A stretch of DNA of 64,000 nt from Dimorphilus gyrociliatus (lineage: Eukaryota > Animalia > Annelida). Below are positions 49,501-62,000 of this stretch, piece by piece; position 1 is the first letter of the stretch; each line of letters starts with the position of its first letter. Position numbers and translations under genes: made by a program. The notes beneath the pieces are model-generated. The model saw only the letters and a program-made list of their open reading frames with translations. It ran no database searches and was not told the DNA's origin. The stretch lies in NCBI GenBank assembly GCA_904063045.1, contig CAJFCJ010000011.1:496001-560000 (forward strand). Reading direction: 5' to 3'.

Positions 49501-52500
49501 ATAAGTGCATCTAAATGACTTACAGCTATCCTTTTTCTACCAAATGCGCTATATATTCTTAAGATACTGCTCCAGTCTCCTATAACGACTTTTTCTCCTC
49601 TTGGATGATAGCAGACACAATTTATTGGTTTCCTATAGAAAAGGCGATATTTATTTCAAAATTTTATTCTAATTACTTTCTTACGAACTTTAAAGTTGTC
49701 GTCCATGTTAAATCTCCATCGCTACTCCAAAATTTCATTTGCGAATCCCATCCGACACTAACAAATTGTTTTCCATCAGGTTGAACTGCAATTGCTGAAA
49801 CATGGCGCCTATGACCAGTACAGACTTTTAATCTCTGAGTTGAATTAGCATCCCAAATGCAAATTGTATTATCATCTGCTGCCGTGCAAAGTCTGTTAGA
49901 TGATAGGAATTTTACGGCAGTTACTGAATCCTTATGGCCAATGAAAGTTTTTATTTCTTTACCAGAGGCCACATCAAAAAGGCGACAAATTCCGTCTGAA
50001 GAACCACAAATAATAGTCAATTTATCTCTTGAGGTTGATAGACAAGTAACGTTCTTCGAAATATTCGCTATCGTCATTTGGCAGTTTTTCGCTTCCTCCC
50101 TTTTATTAAACCACTCAAAAATATGCTCTTTAGCTTTATTTTCATTCTTCATAATAATTCTTGCATGCTTACAAGGAATTGATGTTTCGACACTATTCAA
50201 AGCTTGTTGATAAACAAGCTTAGGTTGTCTATGAAAAAGGAGAATTAACTCTATATTGAGCAAAATATATTTCGGTTTACCTGTGTAATAGTGTAGCATT
50301 ACTTCTAACAAAAAAGCTATAATCTTTAATTTCCTGTGTCTTGAGAAATTTCTTGGCAACCATACCCGATTCCTTCTTGCCGAATTCATAGCTAGTTAAC
50401 AATTTCACAGCAAGATTGTTTTCAAACATTTTTTCAATATAACTTAGATCAGTTAATAGCATAGATAAATATTCATATTGTTCGGAATGTATCTAAAAAA
50501 GTTATCATTCAATTAATTAGCAAACCAAATCCTCTTCGATTACTATGTCAAAATACGTACCAAGTGGGCGGCAACCTTGGAAAGATGATAATTACTACAC
50601 TCAGTTTTCCCCTTGATTAAACCGGATTTAACTATGCAGTAACCAGACAAAACAGTATGGAATATTTTTTCTGTTTGTCTATCTGTGTATCTTGAGGAAA
50701 TCGCTTTCAATATTTCTTGTTGGCCCAGTGATATATTGCCACTATTAAAGAAAGAAATATTGGTGTACATTTCCTTTCTATTATATTAAAATTCAATTAT
50801 TTTTCTTACGTATTGCTCTCTGAAGCCCTGATGAAACCTTTAATATTTCTTAGTAGAGGAGCTAATTTACCGTATGGTAACTTTTTGTATGATCCGCTGA
50901 AGTAATCTATAACGCGACTTAGATTTTTCAAATCAACCTTTTTGTCTTCGAAAATAGGCAGAATATTTTGAATATCAGTCTCTTTCATACCTAAGAATTA
51001 ACAATTAGTAAGAGCGATCATAATAATTGAGAGAGACAATTATTTACCGCCTAAAGAAAATGCTAAAAGAGACATGGAGCACTTTACTTCATTTTCGCCG
51101 AACTCATTTTCTAATCTCTCCAGAATTTGTGTGAGCAATGAAGGTAGAGTTGATGCCAAAGATTTTAGTTTCGTAGTTAACTGCAAAGATGTATAAATTT
51201 ATATATATATATATATATTTAAAAACATAGATAGACAAATTTTCTTGGAGGACTTTAACAATTATTAGAAGATCAATACGAACTTGTTCAAATACGCCAA
51301 ATATTTTCAGTTCCTCACAGGCTATTTTTAGATAAAGAGGATTATTAGAATCCTTTTTATTTGTTATTTGAGATATTTGATTATTGAATCCCTTTTCATT
51401 GAGAGATTTGCCGTATTTTTCCAAATTTTTTCTTACGACGACTGACTTGTCAAAGACATCTAAATTTCCGACTTGAAAGGTTACAGGCCTTAAACGCTGT
51501 AGACATTTGGCTGAAGGACTGAAATCAAGAACCGTAAAGATGATAAGCACATTTTGAGGAATGCTTGAGGGTAGCCAATTAAGAGATTTTTCGTGTCCTT
51601 TATTGTCAGTTTTGTCGAAATCGTCAAATACTATTGCTACTGGACTGCAATTGATATTTGATATTTCGTTTAGAATTGCTCCAAAAGTTTCTACCAAACT
51701 TCTGTAATATCAAAGTCTTATAAGTACTTTAGCACTCTAAAACTACATAAACTTACTCATAATTTTCAGGAATAATCAAATCTATTCTAAAAAAGCGTAC
51801 TAATTCTGTGCATATTCTGTACAAGCATGATGGAATACTCTCTGACCCTTCGAAAAGGCCGAAGCTGTGAACTAGGACAGTCGAAAATTTTTTCCTTAGA
51901 TTGAGCAGTACATTTGCCGCTAAACTGCTCTTTCCAGTTGCAACTTTACCACATATAGTAACGATCGCACCATTCCTAGATAAATCACCAAATTTGGAAC
52001 TTAAGTTATTCACCAATTTCTTCCTGCCGGCAAATTCCTCTCCTAAATTTTTGAAATAGAAGTTAAATCTCTCTGTCTCATGAGATATAGCATCCAAATG
52101 GATCAAATTGTCACTCTTCTTTAATTTATCCATATGGCGAGTAAGTTGATTTAAAACATTAAACCCTAAATCTTGTAAATTTGTTACTATTGGCTTTCCA
52201 TCATAAATTCCACCCCAGTCACAGTCATACCTTAAATTATATAAGTTTTAGTTAGATATTTTGGCATCTGTTAACATTTTATACATACTCAATACAGTTG
52301 GATCCAGATGTCTTTACCAGCTGTTTTAAATTATTCATTTTTTCTTTGCTATCCTCGCTTTCAGCTTGAAATTTATTGCGAAGGTCGGTGGGAACTTGCC
52401 TGTTTTATAAGATTCTCAATAAAAAGCAAAATTCATATATTAGATTCTTACGATAAGAAGTTTTTCTTTCGTAAATAAAAAAAGCATGTTTTTTTATTTT

Positions 52501-55500
52501 CTAACGCTAAACGCATCTCGATTTCAGTGATACTCTTTTTCTTATATTCATCAGACAAATTTATATCCTTGAAATCTGCTTCTTGTGGTAAAAACCCATA
52601 CCTTTCACCTAAAAGACCGATAACTACATCAGCCTTAGTAACTTCATTTAGACAAAGAGAGACTAATTTTTCTGTTTCGCTTTCCGTTATACCCCAGCGT
52701 AAATCAACGTCGATAATGTCATAGAAGAGATTAGCAGCTTTTGAACGAATTTCAGGGATAATAAATCGAGTTAGTAGATCTCGTTCTCCATGCATATCAG
52801 TAAACGTTGATGAGATAAACACTCTTATTTCTTTCCATCTAAAATTTATCGAAGTGAGGGTAAATTAAAACCAAATATATGGAAAATACCTTGGTACGCT
52901 TATCTGAATTGGTAATGGCCGCTCAATTTTTGAAAAATCTTTCTTTTGTTTAAGTTCAGGCAAATTGTATTTTTTGTCGAGCTTGTTGATATAATTTAGC
53001 AGTCCTTTATTACCTCTTTCAGTCACAAATCTGTAATATTACAACAAGTTAAAAAGTATTTATAGCTCATTAACTTTATCGGTACCGTAATAATTGATCA
53101 CTGTAACCGGATAGGAAAATGTCATTTTCGTGGACCTTTTCGCTTTCTCTATTCACACCGACGGAAGTCCCTGACAAGTTAACATGTACATACATCAGAT
53201 CCGGATTTACCAAATGACGAAATGCGTTTAGGAAGCAGTTTAGAATTTTAAGCTCATCTTTGTCAGGAGCGTTTGATGATAGCATAACAATATTATCAAT
53301 CTAAATAGAATATAGAAAATTTTTATAAACCTAATAATAATATTGTATAATTTATATACAGACCTTCTTTCTATTGACTAAGAACTCATCTAAATAATGC
53401 AGGAAAGTCTTGTTCATGTCAGATACATTTATATCCTGAAAAATTATGTATACAGTACTAACGATGATATTTAAACATAAAACATACGAAATTCTTAGCC
53501 TGTTGTTGAATACTAGACATATTTTCTAGAATAGTTCCTTTTTCTAATTCAATCTCTTCATAGTTGCTGTTGCTGTAAAGTAGATACTGGCACTCTTCAC
53601 AGACGTATTTAAACATGAGACCTAAAAGGGCCCCAACGTCTAACTTTGTTTTCTAAAAGACATTAGGTTTAGCAAGTGACGAGTAAATCAATTTAAAATC
53701 TTACAGCTTGAGTGAGGCCGCTCGACGTCTGACATGGTCTAAGCATCAATTGGCTGACCTCCAATAGGATAATGGTATGACCCTTAATAGGCGCAACATT
53801 ATGAATGGTAGCTAACGATACAGCCTGATCCAAAGCGTTTTTATATTTGCTAATGATAGTTGGATCGTATTTCATCTTGATTCTAAAATACAAATAGTTG
53901 CATTCTTATTGAATTTAGTTTTTATTCCTACTAATACACACTTTTTTACATATGTTGCCGGATTATTACGATTCCCGCCCCTTACATTTCTTCTACCATA
54001 TCCACGAGCAGGGACTGATACCGGTTTTTTTGGATTCAGTTTTTCTTCCAACCATTCATTATATTGTTTCTCCAGTGTTGTAAGCACATCATATGCTGAA
54101 AAGAATCTAAACGGAAACTGTTTCGAATTAACTATGCTCTTTTCATCAGTCAATCTTCCTAAAATCATATTATGATGACTCTCCGATATACCAGCTTTAA
54201 TTAGGTTTCTTAGATTACGCAACATTGCCATGAAGGGTAATTTCTTATGATCAATTAAACCTTCCCATACGAAAGATTTGTTTCCCTTCATAGAAATTTG
54301 AGTTTCCCATGTCTCTGGTGTAGGTAGTTTCATTCTCTTTCCACATTTAGATTGATCGAATGTTCCATCCAATCCTAATTTATAAAATTCTTCAAGATTT
54401 TCAGGATATCTATAAACATCGTGCTCTGTTACAGTTTCGTAACAATAAGGTTTATAAAAATATTTTTCTAACAAACCTTTTTCCTAAGAGGCAAAGAACG
54501 TTGTTTACTGGCGTACGTATATGCAGTTTGCGAATTAACTGCTTTAAAGTGAATGATTTGCTAGAGCGCTCTTGTAATTTTGTCAATGCTTCTTCCTATA
54601 CATACAGAAATCTTAAGAATTAGTTAAAAAGACACTAATTTAAATAATTACGAATGATTCCTTCGGCGGAGCCGATCGTGTCCCTCTTCTAAAATTTCCC
54701 CTACCTCTTGTAGAACCTCTCGAAGCAAAATTATTTGTTCTCAAGGCTTTTCGCTTTAGCCTCTTTTTTTTTGATTTAACCTTATCTTTATCATATTTAG
54801 CCAATTGAAAAGCATTAAAACTGGCAAACTTTTTTGTCATTACTCTTCTTAAAGAAGCTGGTAGGGATGAGAAATTATTCTTCTTTCCCTCTTTCAAAGT
54901 TAAGGAAATTTCAGCAACACTTATCCAATCTGACGGCAATACAATAGTGTTGTCGAAATATTTCTTGAGAAATGGACGGCATTGGGGACTGTTTAAAGTT
55001 TTAAATGTATTTATTTATAATAAAAAACTATAAATAAAATTAAACCTACTTATTAGAGGAATAAGCCAATAAAAAGTTACTTGTCGAACGAATGTTTAAT
55101 TCTAATCTGGTATAAAGAGCTACCTGAGAAAGCAATTGAATTTGAAATTAGCTAGAATGTAAAGTATATTTACTAATATAAATTCACCTTTAGAACAAAT
55201 TCTGGATCATCCATTGAAATTTTATTACAAACAGATATCAAATCTCCTCTTACTGGATCATCTTCAGCTTGAAAATTGGGTGACCTAATCAAACTTCCAC
55301 TTACCAGATGGATGAATCGTCTCTGTTAAGAAAGGCAACACTTTAAATATTTGCATTTACGAAGAATCTTTCTAATCTAGTAACCTTTAGATCTTCAATA
55401 GTCTCTTCTTTCTCACTACCCCCTATTTCATTTGCAACTACTTTTCTATGGACATCTATCTTCTCAATATCCTCTGCTATCAATTCATAGCTGGGAGCTT

Positions 55501-56239
55501 TACAGTCATCTTCATATTTGATAAGATCTTCTTTTATGAGTTCAGTCGTTTTTTTAATTTGACTTTTCTTATTCTTCAGAGCATTCTTTGTATTAAGTAT
55601 TTGTGTGGGAAGTGTTTGATTGCTTGTCAAACTTAACAATCCATCTTTCATAAAAGAAGGTACTTTTGAGAAAGTGCATTGCTGGTTGAAAATACTGCTC
55701 CTCTCGCTTATTGAATGTATAGCCGACCCGCTTGATAGACTAAATAGTTTTTCATTGAGCTGGGCTTTCGGCTGAACTAATGAAGATTTTTTGTTACTAA
55801 ATGAAATTGAAGGATTTAAAAAGCCTGATCCAGTTAAAAGAGTAGAAGGGCCATTAAGAGATGAACATTTAAAACCGGAAGAACAGCCTGCAAAATGAAG
55901 GTTTGTTAGGCCTGATAATAAAATGGTGATTGAGCAAGAACAACATAATCTTGCCACCTAATTACGTATGCTTTTAACAAAGATAAATCTAAATATCTAA
56001 ACAGTCATATCTCTAGAATAATCGTCGAGATAAAGACGTAGGCAGCGTATTCTTCTAAATATCGAAATAGTTCCGGTATTTGATGGGACAACATTTAATT
56101 ATTTTTTACCATTAAAAACATTAAAAACGTATAAACGCTTTTAAACACCTCTATGTAATAGAATAGGTAGAATGACAACTTTGAACAAACCTGTCAAATC
56201 CTTAGATGGTCTTAAGCAGCTACTTAAATTAACACTCAT
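46549..56239 (-). CDS. TEP1: Telomerase protein component 1 (vault/telomerase-associated; TROVE, DUF4062, NACHT, WD40); many exons
   Basis: TROVE signature LPTPETWETQIS..LPFMAMLRNLRNL..QFPFRFFSAY; FISSTFTDMHGERDLL; Walker A GKVATGKSS; GNPLYL-like NNPLYLKIACEEL; many WD40 repeats up to the stop at 46549. The start is inferred from splice phase. Confidence 0.92.
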
Positions 56240-57926
56240 TGCTTAAACTTAAATTACTATATTGAATATAAATAGACACTGTTGACTCGTAACTCAACAA
56301 AATTATGTTTGATTTCCGGCGTCAACGTGCCAAATGAAAAAGAACTAGAGAGGATAATGAAATTTTTGCAAAATTTTCACAATCTTGTATTGCACAACAA
56401 TCGATAAAAAAGTGCAAATTCTTGAAGTTTTCGCTTATAAATCACTTGATAACGAAATGGGTTCGATAGCGACAAACGGTGTCCAATAGTGTTAAAAGAG
56501 TTATAATATTTTGCAATATTTACAAAGACTTAATATTTTAGCAACTTATAGTTCTTTGCACCAAATGAATCTATCTTTTAAAACATTGAGAGAAAATAAA
56601 TTAAGAAACCTTCTTATGAAAGAAATAAAAGTTATCGACCATTTAATTAAACAAAAATTCATTGTGTAATTGTATATAATCGTTACATATGCAAATGTCA
56701 TTAGCAATGCTATCTGCATTTTCAATCAACATAACTTAATACGATTTCTGATTTGTAGCCATTCATCCTATCCAAAATCACAACATTGAATTTTTTTGTG
56801 ATATTTATCATCGGATAAACTATTGCCAAAAGTTTATATCTTTTATATAAAATAATAGTACAATTAATGACCTTAGAAAGAATATTACTCATAAGCTTGA
56901 GATGCTTAAAAAAGGATATATCTAATAATAAAAAAATGATCTATTTGCAATCGTCTTTCCTTGCAGCAGTATATTTATGTTTTTGTTGTATATAATACAT
57001 AAAATTTGATAAAGTGGATAAGATTGAGGTGTTTTCTCTAACATATAACAATGAAAAAAAAGCATAAAATTGACTAAATATCATAAATTTTTTAAATTAC
57101 ACGACATATTCAAACATTTATAATTTCTCGTGACAAAAGACTACTAAATCTTCTCTTCATATAATATTCATGCTCATTTGCCGTTTCACTATTCTGTCTA
57201 TATGATTTATTAACAATTCAAACCTTTTGATACTGTATTGTATTTTATAGGAGCAAACGAATCTATTGCAATTAAAACTAAAAGATGTTGTCTTCAAAGT
57301 CAAGTCTTTCTGTGATGTATTGGCTGCAAGCATCCGGAAATGAAAACTCGCTTCTACTAGGTTGAAAAAAAGATGAAAACCGAATAGAGGGAATTTAATC
57401 TCTTTTTAAATCAAATATCATACAACAATCCCTGTTACGGCCTCACAATAAGATATTTATTATAATTAATACTTCAGTAACAGCATGTGCCGGATGATAA
57501 TGTCTACTTTCAATTCAACTTAGTCGGACACGCCTGTCAACTAAATGCTGTCACTTTTTAAAACAAAGAACATAGTATATTTTAAAATAAACAATGTAAA
57601 TTGCACCATACATTCTGCATTCATTCCTTAAAATGAAACCTCAAGCACTGTCCTTAAATATAGATGAAACAGTCATTCAATAAAATTGGACTAAAGAGAG
57701 TACTCAAAATAAACTTTTTCTTAAATGAATGGGAAAGATATAAACGATCTACTTTGTAAATTACACTTTTCTTTGAATTTGTACTTGATGGTGAATTTGA
57801 AAGCAAAACAAATAAAGTACTAAGTTATAGTTTATTGAATTGTCTAATAAGAAGGTATTGATTATTATTATTATTATCATTCTTTTGATCATGTCTTTGT
57901 ACTTATATAGTAATATATTTTTTTGT

Positions 57927-58625
57927 CTAGCATATTGGACAAATAGAGTTAGATGTTTCTGAGCAATAGTAGCAAGCCGAGTGTTTGCACGGTAATAATC
58001 GTATATCGAAAGGCAAATCATTACAGTACACACATTTGCCTTCTAAATCTTTTGAAGAAGAAATAAAACGGAAAAGACGCGATCGTACGGAAGAAGCATT
58101 AATTAGTGGTAATATAAAAAATAGTAGCTCTGAAAAAGCGTGCCATAGCATTTCTCTATCCATAAATTCAAAACTGACCATATCCTTCAGTCTTTGAGGA
58201 GAGGAAAATCTGCTGTTTATACCTAAAACTCTTTCCGTTATTGTCAAAAATTTTCCTTGAATTAAAAATACTATAAAGTTGATTAACTTTGCAAGCTCCC
58301 ATACGTCAGAGAATTTTGTAACAGAAAACTTTTGTCCAATGTATGGAATTACATACGATAAAATAAAATAGTTTCTTCGTTGAGCATTGGATGAAGGATA
58401 GCTAATATCAAGCAGTTTTTGTCCAACTGTTGATCCACATTTCCTTACAGTACTCCTCCAGATTATGAACTGTAGTCCTAATTCGATTTCAGAATCAAAT
58501 CGTGATAAAATTGACGTCTTTATATATTTTACGCTTTCAAGCAAGTATTCCTTTATAATATTAGTAACTTCACTATCTAATGCAGATGCATCCAGTTGGC
58601 TGACCCTCAAAGCAGGTTGTGCCAT
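57927..58625 (-). CDS. PEX2: Peroxisome biogenesis factor 2 (RING E3), intronless CDS, 232 aa
   Basis: LRVSQLDASALDSE, TVGQKLL, FEFMDREMLWHAFSELLFFILPLIN and C3HC4 RING CVYC..CKH..CYYC..CPIC. Confidence 0.92.
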   Translation of the reverse strand: MAQPALRVSQLDASALDSEVTNIIKEYLLESVKYIKTSILSRFDSEIELGLQFIIWRSTVRKCGSTVGQKLLDISYPSSNAQRRNYFILSYVIPYIGQKFSVTKFSDVWELAKLINFIVFLIQGKFLTITERVLGINSRFSSPQRLKDMVSFEFMDREMLWHAFSELLFFILPLINASSVRSRLFRFISSSKDLEGKCVYCNDLPFDIRLLPCKHSACYYCSETSNSICPIC

Positions 58626-58910
58626 AATAAACAATATCGGGCGATAATGTAGTTAATTATACCGAAACCCAGAGAAAACTGGTAGTTTTTCGCAACCATT
58701 ATCCGAAATTGGTCGCTTCCGTAGAGTAGTATGCTTGTTGTTGATATAGCCTGACATGAATTACAAGGCAGTGTATATATACGATTTGTTATAAAGCACT
58801 GATCAACATTGCAAATAGTAATAAATATGTTGAATCCAGCCACATTATAATTAACTGGTAAGTACAAGGCCTCAAGGGATGATGATGGCCGCAGAAGGGC
58901 AGTAACCACT

Positions 58911-58918
58911 TGACGTCA
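58911..58918. promoter_or_regulatory. Full CRE (TGACGTCA) in the PEX2/ZSWIM8 bidirectional promoter
   Basis: Exact palindrome, next to a CGACCGGTCG palindrome at 58925-58934. Confidence 0.45.
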
Positions 58919-59023
58919 CAGAGCCGACCGGTCGACGGCCTTTGTCGTTATGGAAAGAGTCTTTCTTATCCCTATTTCCTTCGCTCACACCTTAAACTGA
59001 GCGCTCTGTTTTGCTTTTTAGTA

Positions 59024-62000
59024 ATGGATCAAAGCTTTCTTTTCGAATGGGACACGTCAACGGCGCCCGATCGAGGTTCATTCGATGATAGTGATCGATT
59101 TGAAGAGGAAGATTCGATTTGCTCTTGGATATCCGAACCAGATAGCTTGGTAAATAATTGGCGTGGTTGGAAAAAACAGCTTACCGCTGGATGTCAGAAC
59201 TCCAACAAGACTTACTCGGGTTTGTATAATTTTCAAATCAATATCTCTATGATATAGCAGCAGGTAGCAAGCTCGCTTATTGTATTTATGGGCTTATTAA
59301 TTATTTCTATTCATTAAGCGCTTACACGCCAGTTATCGAATGTACGACTTTTTATTCGCATTCGGAGTCTGTTAAAAGAAAAAAAGTACATAGCTAACAC
59401 ATGTAAAGAGGATAAACGATTCTTTGTTTTAACTCATAGAGCAGGCTTACAAATATGTTTCTGTTAAACGCCTGCACGTCGAGGCACGATTGATAAAATT
59501 TTTAGATAAGTAATATGTATTCATTTTCATATTTGATTAAATTTAATCGTGAATAACACATCACTTAAAAGAAATGCTCTATCATGCATTTTTTTTATAT
59601 CGATTTTGGCATTATCCCTTATTATTAGATATCATAAAAGTATGATGTATAAATGTAATTATTGAAAAATTTTTGCAAATCTAAATCTTTTACCGAAAGT
59701 TGAAAAAGTTTTATTCGCAATTTTAACCAATCTCAGAAACGGTTAATATTTTGACGTCCTATATTACGAGCTGTTTCGTAATGATTTTCGACATTTAATA
59801 AAACCCTCATGCATTATGATAAAGATTCAAAAGCAAATTTTATTAGAAACAATATTTTATTTCAAAAAACTTTTTAACAATCCATTGTTATTGTATACTT
59901 AAAAGAATAAAAAAACATACACATATATACATAAAAACCACGTGCTATCGTAGTCAAAAACGAAATACCTACCTAATAATTTTCGTGAATGACCTGAACC
60001 TCAGCAAGGGAAAAGTATTTTACACTTTCATTAATAAAAACAAAATTATAAATGATTCGATCAAGGCGTTTTCTAATTTCAGTACAGCATTGGTCGAGAA
60101 TTCGTAGTTATATGTATTGCAGTGCGTGTACAAATATATATCGATATATTTTTGCAATCAGCGTAATACCAACAAGATACTTTTGTTTCGAGGACTGCTA
60201 CCCAAAAAATCTATAAGTAGCAACTCGATAGGTTGTTGTCATTGCTTGTAAATAATCGTTTAATTCTCCGAGCGGGTAAAGAGGGTAACATAGTATTGTG
60301 TTCTAGTTGTTTTTAAGCCTATATGACGAAGATTAGGCACTCTAATATATTGAGCATCTCCTTGACTTCCTTAGTTAATTGATATTTTTCATATTGGACA
60401 TCAATTTGGGTTAAACCCACTTAAAAGCAACGCGCCATTGAGAATCTGTATATATATACTAGTACATATAGTCCTGGCTAATCCGTATGAAGGCGTAAAG
60501 CCAAAAACCTTACCAGAATAAGATAACCGCGAATGCCTGCAGAATAAACTATCTTTTTTAGATTGTCATTCCTGACGACAATAAATATATCTTATAGATA
60601 TTGGAAAAAGATGATATATTCTCTTGATCTTGCCCTTTTTAAGTAGTGTTTTTGATACAGTATAAAAAGAAATTGAGAATCTAGAATTTTATACAACGAA
60701 GTAGCACACACAGTTTGGAAATGAAACATGCAAAATATACAAAAGATGTACGAAATAAAATTGTAAAAAAACAAAATATTTCAGTCATATCGAATAGATA
60801 TAGATTTTTCTATCGAGTTTTGCTCAACATGTCAATCATGAAAATACATTTTTATTCCTATTTATTTGCAACCTTTTCCTGGTAAGATAAAAAAAAGTGT
60901 TTATTCTTTTGCCGTAAACAAATCCTTTACATTACAAACTCATGCATAAAAAACATAATACTATTTTCATCATCGCGAGAGAATAACTAACCCAAAAATT
61001 TTATAGCGAATAAAGAGTCTAATAAAAAAAATTGATATTTTTTAAAACTATAAAAAGGAATGGTGAATAGTAGTTCACTATATTTTGGGAACAAAGAATA
61101 GTTTCTACATCTATTTTCTCACAGTATATCTGCATATAACCCTGGTAGTGTATAATTTGCCTATTTTTTTCCCCTGTCTTAGGGAATCGGTTTGCAACAT
61201 CTATTTATATCATTATGTAAATTTTTTACGAGTAAAACTATTGTATTTTTCTCTGTTTACAATTAAACCTTTATTGATTAAACATTATTGGAGGTGTGCC
61301 TGGCTATGACGCGCTATGACGTCATATAGGCTCCTATCGATTTAATCGCTAGTTATTAACGAGAATTAACATGTACGTTATCAGATTTTGATATTTAAAC
61401 TGATGCTAAACTATTTTTATTATTTATCAAAGCTTTTGTAAATAAATTACTTGTTCATTTCAGGTAAAAATACGCATAGAAATGGAATTACTAGTTTAGT
61501 GGAACTGTCAGCTCAAGCGGTCGCCTTCTATATTCCTTTCGAAGTCGTTGAGCAATTTTACCCTACCATACCCGAACAGCTACAGCTTCGCATAGCTTTC
61601 TGGAGTTTCCCCGAAAATGAAGAAGATATTCGCTTATACTCTTGTCTAGCAAACGGAAGTGCTGATGAGTTTAATAAAGGTGAAACGCTTTTCAAAGCAC
61701 GAAGCGTTAAAGATTCGATACAGATTGGCTTCCATCTCTCAGCAAGTGTTCTGATTGGGCAACCAAAAAGTGCGTATAGCAGTGTTGCTATTGTCTTTGA
61801 TAGGAAAAGGATAACGCAATGTACTTGTACATGTAATTCATCGGCTAGTTGGTGTGCTCACATAGTAGCATTGTGTCTACATCGAATACACTTGGCAGAT
61901 AAGGTGCGGTTGAGGGCACCAGTTTCTGAATCATTGTCAAGATTGCATAGAGATCAGCTACAAAAGTTTGCTCAGTATTTAATTAGCGAATTACCTCAAC

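Noticed and set aside
56005-56094. 29-codon ORF (MLSHQIPELFRYLEEY..) in TEP1 intron 1
   Set aside because: Too short, with no splice or homology support; expected by chance.
56300-57900. Vault RNA, Y RNA or miRNA hairpin near TEP1 (weak stem at about 57479-57553)
   Set aside because: No convincing Pol III box A/box B plus oligo-T, and the stem pairing is too imperfect.
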